The position numbers and the translations under genes are program-made. A DNA stretch of 64,000 bases from an uncultured Alphaproteobacteria bacterium (GTDB lineage: Bacteria; Pseudomonadota; Alphaproteobacteria; CAAHEQ01; UBA3637), in NCBI GenBank assembly GCA_934203105.1, contig CAKPYQ010000004.1, positions 11,336 through 75,335 of the forward strand, given 5' to 3'. Under the pieces are notes generated by a model that made no database searches, was not told the origin of the DNA, and saw only the letters and a list, made by a program, of their open reading frames with translations. Positions 9,756 through 19,914 of this stretch are shown here, one piece after another. Every line of letters starts with the position of its first letter. Within the stretch, counting starts at the first letter, position 1.

Positions 9756-10529
9756 TTACGTTTGAAAGAAAATCTCTGTGATGATATAGTTGAAAACCAA
9801 AATTAAAATGGACGATGATACAACGGCATTGGTTGTTGCAGCACCGACGCCTTCGGCACCGCCTTTGGAATGAAAGCCGTTGTAACAGCCCATCAACGTA
9901 ATAATAAAGCCGAAAACGGACGCTTTGACCAATCCGGAAATGACGTCCATAGGCTGCATAAAATTCCAAGTATTGATTAAATAAGATGTCGCGTTAAAAT
10001 CCAATTTATAAACGCCGATCAAGTATCCGCCACAAATGCCCAAAACATCACCGATAAGCACCAAAATCGGCAACATCAGCATACCGGCGATAATTCGCGG
10101 TGAGATTAAGTATTTAAACGGATTCGTCGAAAGCGTGGATAGCGCATCGATTTGTTCTGTGACGCGCATTGTGCCCAACTCTGCTGCCATCGCTGCGCCG
10201 ATTCGGCCGGCTACCATCAAGCCCGCCATAACGGGCGCCAATTCCCGCGTGACGGCAATCCATACAACCATAGAAACCGCTCCTTCTGCAGAAACTCTGG
10301 CAAAACCTGTGTACGTTTGCAAAGCGATTACCATGCCGGCAAAGGTGGTTGTCAATGCAACAACCGGCAAAGAGTAAAAGCCAACTTCCAAAAATTGATT
10401 TAAAAGTTGCTTAAAATAAAACGGTGGTGTGACACAGTTATAAAGCGCTTTTATAGTAAAGATTCCTAAGCGTCCCGCAGCTTCGAAAAAGTTAATAAAA
10501 ACGCGTCCGATCAATCTGACAAATTCCAT
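9756..10529 (-). CDS. mlaE: ABC transporter permease, MlaE family
   Basis: It is a 257-aa polytopic permease lying immediately upstream of the MlaF-like ATPase, in the same orientation. Confidence 0.7.
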   Translation of the reverse strand: MEFVRLIGRVFINFFEAAGRLGIFTIKALYNCVTPPFYFKQLLNQFLEVGFYSLPVVALTTTFAGMVIALQTYTGFARVSAEGAVSMVVWIAVTRELAPVMAGLMVAGRIGAAMAAELGTMRVTEQIDALSTLSTNPFKYLISPRIIAGMLMLPILVLIGDVLGICGGYLIGVYKLDFNATSYLINTWNFMQPMDVISGLVKASVFGFIITLMGCYNGFHSKGGAEGVGAATTNAVVSSSILILVFNYIITEIFFQT

Positions 10530-10635
10530 TTTTTTATCCTTATTTTAATTATTTTTTTGCAGTATAGCCGGCTTTTTGTTTTTTTTCAATAAAAAAAGCC
10601 AAAAAAAGCCAAAAAAATGTGTTGACAAAGTAAAA

Positions 10636-10650
10636 GAACTAATGTAGAAC
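10636..10650 (+). promoter_or_regulatory. LexA operator (alphaproteobacterial SOS box GAAC-N7-GAAC) within the lexA promoter
   Basis: GAACTAATGTAGAAC lies 25 bp upstream of the lexA start. A TTGACA -35-like hexamer sits at 10622-10627. Confidence 0.6.
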
Positions 10651-10674
10651 AAAAAGAGAATATTTAAAGAAAGG

Positions 10675-11352
10675 GTGAATTTAATGTTGACAGAAAAACA
10701 ACACAAATTGCTTTTGTTTATCGCAAAGGAAATTGAAAAGCGCGGTGTTTCGCCGTCTTATGACGAAATGCGTGAGGCGTTGGATTTAAAGTCTAAATCC
10801 GGCATTTTTCGCTTGCTCGGATCATTGGAAGAGCGCGGATTTATTCGGCGGTTGCCTCATCGTGCGCGGGCGTTGGAAGTGGTTAAATTACCCACTGCAA
10901 AGGTTGAAAGTTTGCCCGCTCCTGCGGCTTTGTCTTTTGATGCGCCGGCAAATCCGCCGTTGGAAGATGAAATTGAAATCCCTTTATATGGAAAGATTGC
11001 GGCCGGTACGCCGATCGAAGCTGTGCGTGATATGCAAGCGCGCATTCCTGTTCCGCCGTCGTTGATGGGGCGCGGTGAGCATTATGCTTTAAAAATCGAA
11101 GGCGATTCGATGATTGATGTTGGTATTATGAATGGCGACACGGTGATTATTCAACGGGCAGATACGGCCGAAAACGGTGAAATTGTGGTTGCGTTGGTGG
11201 ACGGATTAGAGGTGACGTTAAAGCGTTTCCGCCGTCAAGGATCGTCTGTGGCGTTAGAGCCTGAAAATCCGGCGTATCAGACGCGTATTTTACCGGCATC
11301 GCGTGTGCGTGTTCAAGGCAAGTTGGTTGCTTTAATGCGTCGATACAGCTGA
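10675..11352 (+). CDS. lexA: SOS repressor LexA
   Basis: N-terminal winged HTH ([26 protein letters not shown]) is present. S24 peptidase motifs GDSM (Ser nucleophile) and the C-terminal K are present. An Ala-Gly cleavage region is present. Confidence 0.9.
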   Translation: MNLMLTEKQHKLLLFIAKEIEKRGVSPSYDEMREALDLKSKSGIFRLLGSLEERGFIRRLPHRARALEVVKLPTAKVESLPAPAALSFDAPANPPLEDEIEIPLYGKIAAGTPIEAVRDMQARIPVPPSLMGRGEHYALKIEGDSMIDVGIMNGDTVIIQRADTAENGEIVVALVDGLEVTLKRFRRQGSSVALEPENPAYQTRILPASRVRVQGKLVALMRRYS

Positions 11353-11399
11353 TTTTTTTATTTTTCCGTTTTGACTTTTTTCATGGGGACGTTTGGGAT

Positions 11400-11760
11400 T
11401 CGTTTTTTCCGTCGGGTGATTTTGAAACTGCCTCTTTCCTAGCGGTCATTCTGACGGTGTTTTCCCCACCGGTCATTCTGAGCGTCAGCGAAGAATCTCT
11501 TAGTGCCTTGTGTCATTCAGAGCGTTGCTCGGAATGACGGGAGGGAGAAAACGCTCTGATGACTAAAAATAAAACAGCATTTTTTAAGTGGGGGACGCGC
11601 CGCGCGAAAATTTCGCGTCCCCCACTTTGCGCCCAAGGCCACATATTAAAAGATTCTTCACTATAGTTCAGAATGACTGCGTGAATACTAAGAGATTCTT
11701 CACATGCGCTCAGAATGACGCGAAAAAAAATGACCAAAATGACGGGGCGTAAAAAAGCGC
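11400..11760. repeat. repeat-rich intergenic region with a perfect 14-bp GC-rich hairpin
   Basis: Multiple copies of GTCATTCTGA / TCAGAATGAC-type units occur at ~11446, 11467, 11508, 11665 and 11705. An imperfect inverted repeat at 11474-11512 vs 11683-11725 flanks AAGTGGGGGACGCG...CGCGTCCCCCACTT (about 11587-11628). Confidence 0.4.
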
Positions 11761-11942
11761 ACAGAAAATGGCATTGAGGAAGAAAATCCTAAAATCACAT
11801 AAGGAAAATACAGCCCCGTTCTATAAATAAACGCAACTTCTTACCTATAAATAAAAGTGCATCAAACGAATTTCAGATTGAAATTGTTCTTGTCCTTACG
11901 GATTCTTCCCTACAAATAAAATATGTAGCGGACGAATAAAAT

Positions 11943-12578
11943 TTATTGGCTGACCCATAAAACTCGGCTGATCCACAAAATGTCTTCCATTCTAAAGTTG
12001 CAGTCCGGATATTGCGGGTTTAATGATTTTAAATCCAGTTGAAAAGCGGTTTTGCGAATTAACTCTTTGACCATTACTTCGCCGCTTTTGGTCTTGACAA
12101 CAACACGGTCGCCGTGGCGAACTTCCGATTCCGGACACACAATCAACCGATCCCCTTCGCGATAGACCGGCTCCATACTGTGCCCCGATACCTCCAAAGC
12201 ATAAACATCTTTGTCCAATTGTATCGGAAATTCAATGCCGTCCCAACCTTCGCTGTTGGTCGGAAAACCGGCGTCGTCAAAGAAACCGTCGCGCCCCGCT
12301 TGTGCAAAACCCAACAAGGGAATCGTCATTTTGGGCGGCAGGTTTGTTTCACCCGCCAAAGCCATAAATTCCAAAAAAGTGGTCGATGTTGCTTCCAGAA
12401 CTTTATTCAAACTTTCCATTGACAACCACCGTTTGCGCCCGTCCGCTCCGATTCGTTTGCTTTTGTTAAATGAAGTCGGATCCAAGCCGGCTTTTTGGGC
12501 CAACGCCGACGGCGATAATTCCAACTTTTCCGCCAATCGGTCAATCCCTTTCCAAATTTCAAAGTATGATAAATTCAT
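11943..12578 (-). CDS. phage-type repressor, cI/LexA-like (HTH + S24 peptidase)
   Basis: The N-terminal HTH is followed by the C-terminal S24 domain GHSMEP...K. The gene is transcribed divergently from the phage structural genes. Confidence 0.8.
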   Translation of the reverse strand: MNLSYFEIWKGIDRLAEKLELSPSALAQKAGLDPTSFNKSKRIGADGRKRWLSMESLNKVLEATSTTFLEFMALAGETNLPPKMTIPLLGFAQAGRDGFFDDAGFPTNSEGWDGIEFPIQLDKDVYALEVSGHSMEPVYREGDRLIVCPESEVRHGDRVVVKTKSGEVMVKELIRKTAFQLDLKSLNPQYPDCNFRMEDILWISRVLWVSQ

Positions 12579-12632
12579 TTTTTCGTCCTTTCCTTACAGG
12601 TATCTTTTTCCGCTGCTTTTTTTTAAGTATAC

Positions 12633-12664
12633 AATAGGAAAATATAAAAGTAAATAGGAAAATA
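12633..12664 (+). promoter_or_regulatory. candidate operator: two direct AATAGGAAAATA repeats 20 bp apart in the repressor/early divergent promoter region
   Basis: Exact 12-mers lie at 12633-12644 and 12653-12664 in the AT-rich region between the repressor and the first + strand gene. Confidence 0.3.
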
Positions 12665-12792
12665 AATATTTTTATCTTGACATAGTGGGAAAATAATCCT
12701 ATACAAAAGAACTAAACAAGAAAAGCTTTATTTTTAAATCAATTCTTGTTTTAAGTGTAATATAAAATCTTTATATATAGGGGAGTAAGAGA

Positions 12793-13164
12793 ATGTTTAA
12801 ATCGAATAATTTTATGAAAATAGATAACAGGCCGATTCGCTTTTTTGATAATGCGCAAGAAGTTTGGTTGTGGTTTTGCTTTTGTGAAATGACGCCAAAA
12901 TCGGGATCAAAAAGTGATTGCGAAACAACGCGTCCATGCGAAACTTCCGATGTCGCAATTATTGTAAAACGGTTGGTGCGTGACAAAATTTTAACGCAAG
13001 AGCATTTGAAAGTGTTGAGCTTATACGGCTTAAAACAAATGCCGCCATATGAAAAATGTGGAGATCCGATTCGACATTGCGCCTTATGGAAACAAGCTTT
13101 ACAGCGGATTTTAGAGCCTTTGAAAGTAAAAGGTATTGTTTGCATGAATGGAACGGCTTTTTAA
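12793..13164 (+). CDS. hypothetical phage protein
   Basis: RBS GGGGAG lies before the ATG. This is the first gene after the divergent promoter. There are no recognisable motifs. The alternative overlapping minus ORF 12771..13145 was judged less likely. Confidence 0.35.
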   Translation: MFKSNNFMKIDNRPIRFFDNAQEVWLWFCFCEMTPKSGSKSDCETTRPCETSDVAIIVKRLVRDKILTQEHLKVLSLYGLKQMPPYEKCGDPIRHCALWKQALQRILEPLKVKGIVCMNGTAF

Positions 13165-13181
13165 AATAAAGGAGATATAAA

Positions 13182-13589
13182 ATGATTGGAAGACGTTTAA
13201 ACGGATATCGTTATGAAAAGGCGATTGTCGGTTTCGGCGGTACGCCTACTTTGTGGTGGATGCGATTTTTGAAAAAAGGATTTTATCATTGTATCGTCGC
13301 CTTGGGACGGGGTGACGAGTGGTTGATAATTGATCCGCTGCTTTGCTACACCGATGCGATTATGGTGCATGGTGCAGACATTAAAGAATTTTTTAAAAAA
13401 CACGGATATCGATTCGTCGAAACAACTATTTCAGAACCTGAAAATAAACTTTTGCGTGTAATGCCTTACACTTGTGTTGAAACGGCAAAGCGCTTTATTG
13501 GTGTTGATAATCCTTATATTTTAACACCTTATAGCCTGTTTTGCTATTTAAATAAAAAAATAGGAAAAAAATCCTTGACAATGGATTGA
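13182..13589 (+). CDS. hypothetical phage protein
   Basis: RBS AAGGAG lies before the ATG. The ORF is followed by a rho-independent terminator. Confidence 0.4.
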   Translation: MIGRRLNGYRYEKAIVGFGGTPTLWWMRFLKKGFYHCIVALGRGDEWLIIDPLLCYTDAIMVHGADIKEFFKKHGYRFVETTISEPENKLLRVMPYTCVETAKRFIGVDNPYILTPYSLFCYLNKKIGKKSLTMD

Positions 13590-13634
13590 AAATATGGTAT
13601 AGTGTTCTACAGTTGGTTGGGAAAAGTGTATCTG

Positions 13635-13669
13635 AAAAGGCCTCGATTTTAAATCGGGGCCTTTTTTTA
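13635..13669 (+). terminator. rho-independent terminator
   Basis: The stem AAGGCCTCGATT / AATCGGGGCCTT is followed by a T7 run. Confidence 0.5.
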
Positions 13670-13728
13670 TTCCTATCGGCAAAGTCGTCCTTTTTATTAA
13701 ATGGGCGACTTTTTTAACAACAAAAAAG

Positions 13729-13932
13729 TTGGAGATGAAAATGAAAAAAGTCAAAGAAGTCATCGGCTTTGAAACCAAAGTCGAACAAATATCGCCGCAG
13801 TCCGCATCGACAGAACGGGACGACGGTTATTTAGCTCGCCAAGCAGGATTGCAAACCGTTCAAACATCTATGCGTGGCATTTTACGAAGCAATGATAATG
13901 CGCCGCAACGCAAAAAATTATTAGGAGAATAA
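13729..13932 (+). CDS. small hypothetical protein preceding portal
   Basis: It is a 67-aa ORF with a GGAG RBS, abutting the portal start. Confidence 0.3.
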   Translation: MEMKMKKVKEVIGFETKVEQISPQSASTERDDGYLARQAGLQTVQTSMRGILRSNDNAPQRKKLLGE

Positions 13933-13933
13933 A

Positions 13934-15409
13934 ATGCTGGATCAATCCAATTTATATCAACGATTTTTAAAAATGAAATCGCAACGCCAATCGTTGGAAA
14001 ATACTTGGCGCGAATGTTATGAGTTTGCTTTGCCTCAACGGGAAGGGCTGTTTAGCGGCGTATCCACTCAGGTTGATCGCTTGTTTGACGGCACGGCGCC
14101 CGACTGTGTTGATCAACTGGCCGCCTCGATTTTTTCGGAATTGACGCCACCGTGGTCAAAATGGTTCGACTTAAAAGCCGGTATCGACGTTCCCAAAGAC
14201 GATGAAGAAATTTCCAAAAGCTTGCAAGACATCGCGGATATTTTGAAAAATCATCTTAATCAATCAACGTTCAGCGTGGAAATGCATCAATGCTTTTTGG
14301 ATTTGGTGACGGTCGGCACAGCGTGCTTGTTGTTCGAAGAAGCCAAAGCCGGTGAAAAAACGGCGTTTCATTTTACGGCAATTCCTTTGTCCGAAATTTA
14401 CGTTGACGAAGGATATTCGGGACGTTTAGATACGACTTTTCGTTATTGTAAATTACCGCTTTCGGTGATTATGCAACGTTTTGAAAATGCGCGCAAATGT
14501 ATTGATGAAAGGGCTTTGAATGACAAAAATTGTGCAGATATTTTTATTCCTGTTATTGAATGTGTTGTGCCTCGCCAATCAGGCGGTTATGAATATATGG
14601 CATTTGTGGAAAAAGACCCGGACAACTTGTTCGGCATGCAAGAGCAATTTATTTTAAAGCAAGGGACTTTTGACTCATCGCCTTTTATTACTTTCAGATG
14701 GTTAAAAGCGGCGGGCGAAGTTTACGGCAGATCGCCGGTGATGAAAGCTTTACCGGACATTAAAACAACAAATAAAGTTGTTGAGTTGATTTTGAAAAAC
14801 GCGACTATTGCCGTGACGGGGATTTGGCAAGCCGAAGATGACGGCGTTTTAAATCCGGCAAACATTCGTTTAATTCCGGGATCGATTATTCCCAAAGCCG
14901 TCGGATCCAAAGGTTTAACCCCTTTGCAGCCGGCCGGCAATTTCGACGTATCACAATTGATTTTGGACGACCTGCGCGCGCGCATTCGTCATGCTTTGTT
15001 AACCGATAAATTAGGGCAAGTCCAAAATACAAAAATGAGCGCAACGGAAGTTATGGAGCGCAGTGCCGAAATGGTGCGCATTTTGGGAGCAACTTATGGC
15101 CGTTTACAATCCGAATTGTTGACGCCGTTGATCGAACGTGCTTTGAGCATTTTACGCCGACGCGGAGAAATCCCATCGCTGTATTTAGACGGGCATTTGG
15201 TGCAAATCACTTATCAATCCCCGATCGCCAATTTGCAAACAAGCCAAGAAGCCAATAACGCTTTGATGTTTTTGCAATCATTGTCCGGATTGAAAATAGA
15301 TGCTGTCGAAATGTTGGATGTTGCGGCTTTTACAAAATGGTTGGCGTCGCGGTTAAATGTGCCGCTTTCGTTTATCCGCACACAACAGCCAAAAGGAGAT
15401 GACAAATGA
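13934..15409 (+). CDS. phage portal protein (T7 gp8-like position)
   Basis: At 491 aa it is the first large gene of a module with T7-like order (portal-scaffold-capsid-tail tube A/B-terminase). The assignment is by position and size only. Confidence 0.6.
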   Translation: MLDQSNLYQRFLKMKSQRQSLENTWRECYEFALPQREGLFSGVSTQVDRLFDGTAPDCVDQLAASIFSELTPPWSKWFDLKAGIDVPKDDEEISKSLQDIADILKNHLNQSTFSVEMHQCFLDLVTVGTACLLFEEAKAGEKTAFHFTAIPLSEIYVDEGYSGRLDTTFRYCKLPLSVIMQRFENARKCIDERALNDKNCADIFIPVIECVVPRQSGGYEYMAFVEKDPDNLFGMQEQFILKQGTFDSSPFITFRWLKAAGEVYGRSPVMKALPDIKTTNKVVELILKNATIAVTGIWQAEDDGVLNPANIRLIPGSIIPKAVGSKGLTPLQPAGNFDVSQLILDDLRARIRHALLTDKLGQVQNTKMSATEVMERSAEMVRILGATYGRLQSELLTPLIERALSILRRRGEIPSLYLDGHLVQITYQSPIANLQTSQEANNALMFLQSLSGLKIDAVEMLDVAAFTKWLASRLNVPLSFIRTQQPKGDDK

Positions 15410-15657
15410 AATTAGGTTGGTCTTTTTTAGAAAATCAAACGCCTGTCCATGTCGCTGTTGACGACGTTGCAAAAAGCTTTGCACGGTGTTTTTCGTCAGC
15501 GGACGGCCATAAAGTTTTGCTTTATTTGGCGGGACAGACAAAAGAGCGTTTTTTGAATGCTACGGCAACGTCGAACGAGCTGTGGTTTCAAGAAGGCAAG
15601 CGCGCCTTATTCGCGCAAATTGAACATCTGATTAACAAAGGAAAAAAAGGAGAGTAA
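15406..15657 (+). CDS. small phage protein
   Basis: It is an 83-aa ORF translationally coupled to portal by an ATGA overlap. Confidence 0.35.
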   Translation: MKLGWSFLENQTPVHVAVDDVAKSFARCFSSADGHKVLLYLAGQTKERFLNATATSNELWFQEGKRALFAQIEHLINKGKKGE

Positions 15658-15661
15658 AATA

Positions 15662-16375
15662 ATGGAAAATTTAATGCAAATTCAAAACGGTAAGACAAAC
15701 ACAATTCCGGCAAAATTTTTGGATGCCAAAGGCAATTTGAACGTTGATTCTTTGTTGCAATCCTATACCGAGTTGGAAAGAAAATTGGGTAAAATGGTGC
15801 GCATTCCGTCCGATGATTCTTCACCGGAAGAGCGAAAAGATTTTTATCAAAAAATCGGCGTACCGGCCAGCGCAAAAGATTATCAATTAAATATCAAAAA
15901 TGAATTGTTGGCGTCCGATCCTGATGTCAATCAACGCTTATATGATTTAGGTTTTACGAATGCGCAAGTTCAAGCTGTCTACGATTTGGCGGCGGAAAAA
16001 GTTTTGCCGGTCATTCATCAGTTGGCACAAGATTATGAAGCCACAAGACAACGCGCGTTGTTAGAGGAGCACTTCGGTGGTAAAGGACGTTTTGAAGAAA
16101 TTGCACGTCAAATCACAACTTGGGCAAAGCAAAACGTATCGGCGCAAGTTTTTGATGCTTTGTCGACGACTTACGAAGGCGTTTTGACGTTGTATAAAAT
16201 GATGGAAAGCAGCGAACCTTTTATGATGCCAAAAGGGGTGGCTGTTAATGAAATGTTGGACGAAGAAGGTTTGAAAAAGTTAATGATGTCGCCCAAGTAT
16301 TGGCGCGATCAAGATCCGGCAACTTTGAAAAAAGTGGCGGACGGTTTTCACCGGCTTTATCCCAGCAAGCAATAA
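15662..16375 (+). CDS. capsid assembly/scaffolding protein candidate
   Basis: It is 237 aa, helical and charged, and lies between portal and major capsid. Confidence 0.45.
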   Translation: MENLMQIQNGKTNTIPAKFLDAKGNLNVDSLLQSYTELERKLGKMVRIPSDDSSPEERKDFYQKIGVPASAKDYQLNIKNELLASDPDVNQRLYDLGFTNAQVQAVYDLAAEKVLPVIHQLAQDYEATRQRALLEEHFGGKGRFEEIARQITTWAKQNVSAQVFDALSTTYEGVLTLYKMMESSEPFMMPKGVAVNEMLDEEGLKKLMMSPKYWRDQDPATLKKVADGFHRLYPSKQ

Positions 16376-16514
16376 AAGACAATCGCTTTAATTTTTCGGG
16401 GCGACCTTTTATTTGTTTTTATGAAAGGCAGCGTTTTTTTTAAAGCCTATAACCTTTTGTAAAAAGCGTACTTTTAAAAAAATAAATCAACTTTAATCAG
16501 AAAAGGAAAATATT

Positions 16515-17372
16515 ATGAGTGAAAATGATGTAGTCTCTACGGCAATTGATGCCGCGTTTGTCAAACACTTTCAAGCGGAAGTCGTGACAGCTTACCAACA
16601 AATGGGATCGAAATTGCGTTCGACCGTGCGTTCGAAAAATAACGTCGTTGGCGCCAGCACAACTTTCCAAGTCATCGGCAAAGGAAGTGCTACAACCAAA
16701 ACCCGCAACGGGGCAATCACGGCAATGAGCTTGGAGCACAAACCGATTGAATGCACTTTGACGGATTATTATGCCGGCGCTTGGGTGGACAAATTGGACG
16801 AATTAAAAATCGGCCACGATGAACGCCGCGCCGTTGCTCAAATGGGTGCTTATGCTTTGGGACGCAAGACCGACGATTTGATTATTGCCGCATTGAACGG
16901 ATCGGCAAATACAATCGGCACGCAAGCATCTCCGGCGACTATGACCAAAGCTACAATTTTGCAAGCCTTTACAAAATTGAATAACGCAGACGTTCCCGAC
17001 GATGGTGAACGTTATGCTTTGGTTGCGCCGGCGCAATGGAACCAGTTGTTGAATATTGAAGAATTTTCTTCGGCTAACTATGTCGGCGATAAAACACCGT
17101 TCATCGCAGGTTGCGAAAGCCGTAAATGGTTAGGCATTAATTGGATTATGCATACTGCTTTGCCGTCCGGCACAGGTACGCATACATGCTTTATTTACCA
17201 CAAAAACGCAATCGGTCACGCGGTCGGAATGGACATCAAAACCGATATTACATGGCACGGCGACCATGCTGCGCACTTTGTCAACAGTATGATGAGCCAA
17301 GGGGCTTGCTTGATTGATCAAACAGCGGCCGTAAAATTGGTTTGTTCTGATACTGTCAGCACCGGTTCTTAA
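16515..17372 (+). CDS. major capsid protein, T7 gp10-like
   Basis: The N-terminal region FVKHFQAEVVTAYQQMGSKLRSTVRSKNNVVGASTTFQVIGKGSA aligns by eye with T7 gp10A FLKVFGGEVLTAFARTSVTTSRHMVRSISSGKSAQFPVLGRTQA. Confidence 0.75.
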   Translation: MSENDVVSTAIDAAFVKHFQAEVVTAYQQMGSKLRSTVRSKNNVVGASTTFQVIGKGSATTKTRNGAITAMSLEHKPIECTLTDYYAGAWVDKLDELKIGHDERRAVAQMGAYALGRKTDDLIIAALNGSANTIGTQASPATMTKATILQAFTKLNNADVPDDGERYALVAPAQWNQLLNIEEFSSANYVGDKTPFIAGCESRKWLGINWIMHTALPSGTGTHTCFIYHKNAIGHAVGMDIKTDITWHGDHAAHFVNSMMSQGACLIDQTAAVKLVCSDTVSTGS

Positions 17373-17440
17373 AAAATAGGTAAAAAAAGAAGGGGGCTTT
17401 TTTTTAAAGTCCCCTTTTTGTTTTAATAAAGGAGAGAAAA

Positions 17441-18010
17441 ATGGCACAGTCTGCTATTTCTTTATGTTCAAAAGCTTTGATAAAATTAGGAGCGCGTCCG
17501 ATTGTTTCATTTAATGAAAACACAGCAGAAGCGGAAGTTGCTTCACAACTTTATACATCTGTGCGTGACGCGATGTTGTCGGCTTATCCTTGGCGCTTTG
17601 CCACATCGCAAAGCGAATTGGCGCGGTTGGCGGAAAATCCCAAAGCGGATTATGCCTATTCATACCAATTGCCCAATGATTTTTTGCGTGTGTTAAGCGC
17701 GGGGGTCAGCTCGTCCGGACGTGGTTTAAATTACCGCATTTGCGAAAAAACGCTGCAATGCAACGCGTCGAATGTGATGTTGACATACATTTTTGATCCC
17801 AAAGAGGAAAATTATCCGCCGTTTTTTGACGCGCTTTTGGTGGCGCAGTTGGCGGCGGAGTTTTGCTTGCCGTTAACCGAAAGCGCTTCCAGATGTGAGT
17901 TTTTAGTCAAGCAAGCGCAAAAATCTTTTGCCGACGCGAAATTGATTGATGCACAGCAAGACATTCCAAATGCTATTACGGATTTTCCGTTGATCGGGGT
18001 CAGATTATGA
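17441..18010 (+). CDS. tail tubular protein A candidate (T7 gp11-like position)
   Basis: It is 189 aa (T7 gp11 is 196 aa). It lies immediately after capsid and is translationally coupled to the next gene. Confidence 0.45.
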   Translation: MAQSAISLCSKALIKLGARPIVSFNENTAEAEVASQLYTSVRDAMLSAYPWRFATSQSELARLAENPKADYAYSYQLPNDFLRVLSAGVSSSGRGLNYRICEKTLQCNASNVMLTYIFDPKEENYPPFFDALLVAQLAAEFCLPLTESASRCEFLVKQAQKSFADAKLIDAQQDIPNAITDFPLIGVRL

Positions 18011-19914
18011 GCAAGTTAATTAACCATAAAACCAACTTTACGTCGGGTGCGGTTTCGTCGGATTTGTTGGGACGAACGGATTTGTCGGCGTATGATAACG
18101 GCGCGATGGAATTAAAAAATATGTTTATCAGCCCGATCGGCGGCATTGAACGGCGCGCCGGCTTGCGCTATGTGGACGCGATAACGGGTGCGGTACGCTT
18201 GATTTCATTTGCGTTTAATACCGAACAAACGTATTTGTGTGTTGTGGGGGATCATTTTATCCGCATTTACAAAAATGAAAGCTTACTTCAAACATTGACG
18301 ACACCATGGAGCGCGCAAGATGTGCCGCAACTGCGTTGGACGCAAAGCGCGGATACATTGTTATTGACGCACCCCGACTATGCGCCCAAAAGCATTACGC
18401 GCCAAAGCAATGAAAGCTTTACCATCAGCGATTGGGTATTTGATACGAACGAGACGGGACAAAAGTTTTGTCCTTATGAAAAATACGCTCCTGCCGCAAT
18501 GACAATGAGCGCGACCGGCGGAGGGTCGGCCGTTACTTTAACGGCGGGCAGCGACTTTTTTACCGCATCGCATATCGGTCGGCATTTTAAAGTAAACGGA
18601 GGTGAGTTTGTTGTTTCGGCAATCACTTCTGCGACCCAAGCAACGGCTACACAAGTATTGGCCGCCAAAGATGCAACGGCTGTGGTCGATTGGGCAGAGG
18701 AAGCTTTTTGTCCCGAACACGGCTATCCGGCGTGCGTGACGTTTTACCAAGGGCGTTTGGTAATCGGCGGTTCGCGTGATTTGCCAAATAAGCTGTGGTT
18801 TTCCAAAAGCTTTGCAATTATGAACTTTGATACGGGGACGGGGTTGGACGATGAAGCAATCGGATTTTCTTTGCTCTCCGATCAAGTCAATGCTATACGC
18901 GGATTGATGTCCGGCCGACATTTGCAGGTTTTTACATCGGGTTCGGAATGGATGGTTTCGGGCGATCCTTTAACTCCTCAAAGCATTCAGTTAAAGCGTC
19001 AAACGCGTATCGGTTCGCCCAGTTATCGTTATGTGCCGCCGGTTGATGTTTCCGGAGCGACTTTGTTTGCGTCCGAAAACGGTTGCGAGGTGCGCGAATT
19101 TTTGTTCGCGGATTTAGAGCAGGCTTATCAAGCCAAAAATGTTTCTCTGTTATCGGGACAGTTGATTAAAAATCCGATTGATATGGACTATGACGCCAAG
19201 CGTCGTTTGGTGTACGTTGTGATGAGTGACGGCAAAATGGCCACCTTGACCAACTATCGATCAGAGGACGTTTTGGCGTGGAGCAGTCACGAAACCGCGG
19301 GCGATTTTTTGTCGGTTTGCGTTTTGGAAGGCGATGTGTATTTTTTAATCAATCGTTCGGGGCAAATTTATTTGGAAACGTTTGATGATGAAGTTTCAAC
19401 GGATTGCGCGTTTTTGGGCGAAGATGAAACGGCTCATCAAACGTGGACGGGCTTGTCGCCTTTGGTCGGTAAAAAAGTGCAAGTGATTGCGGACGGTCGT
19501 TTTGAAATGGAAACAACGTTGCAATCCAGTGCGTTGACGTTGACAAAGTCAGCTTATCATTTGCAGATAGGCTTGCCGTTTACGCATTCGGTGATACCTT
19601 TACCGCCGACGGTGGGATCGTCCGCCGGTAGCTTGCCTTTAAAGGCTGTACGTTTGGTTGAAATTCGTTTTAAAGTCGTTGATACGTCATCGCTTTTTTT
19701 GGATATCGGCAACGGCTATAACGAATTTTTGGTGAAAAAATTAAATGAAAACTATATCTTGGACGCGAAAAATGAAAAGCAAACCTGCGACGTGGTTATT
19801 CACGCGTTGGGTTGGGTGCGCGACGGTGTAACGCCTTTGTGGAAAATGCAAAGCGATATGCCGCAAGCGTGCAAAATAGTTTCCGTGACTTGTGTGATGA
19901 AAGTGAGTGAATAA
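18007..19914 (+). CDS. tail tubular protein B candidate (T7 gp12-like position)
   Basis: It is 635 aa and follows the gp11-like gene. The assignment is by position only. Confidence 0.45.
   Translation: MSKLINHKTNFTSGAVSSDLLGRTDLSAYDNGAMELKNMFISPIGGIERRAGLRYVDAITGAVRLISFAFNTEQTYLCVVGDHFIRIYKNESLLQTLTTPWSAQDVPQLRWTQSADTLLLTHPDYAPKSITRQSNESFTISDWVFDTNETGQKFCPYEKYAPAAMTMSATGGGSAVTLTAGSDFFTASHIGRHFKVNGGEFVVSAITSATQATATQVLAAKDATAVVDWAEEAFCPEHGYPACVTFYQGRLVIGGSRDLPNKLWFSKSFAIMNFDTGTGLDDEAIGFSLLSDQVNAIRGLMSGRHLQVFTSGSEWMVSGDPLTPQSIQLKRQTRIGSPSYRYVPPVDVSGATLFASENGCEVREFLFADLEQAYQAKNVSLLSGQLIKNPIDMDYDAKRRLVYVVMSDGKMATLTNYRSEDVLAWSSHETAGDFLSVCVLEGDVYFLINRSGQIYLETFDDEVSTDCAFLGEDETAHQTWTGLSPLVGKKVQVIADGRFEMETTLQSSALTLTKSAYHLQIGLPFTHSVIPLPPTVGSSAGSLPLKAVRLVEIRFKVVDTSSLFLDIGNGYNEFLVKKLNENYILDAKNEKQTCDVVIHALGWVRDGVTPLWKMQSDMPQACKIVSVTCVMKVSE

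Noticed and set aside
12771-13145. Minus-strand 124-aa ORF overlapping the first phage + gene
   Set aside because: It has no RBS and is Cys/Lys-rich low complexity. The + ORF has a GGGGAG RBS and fits the divergent promoter layout.
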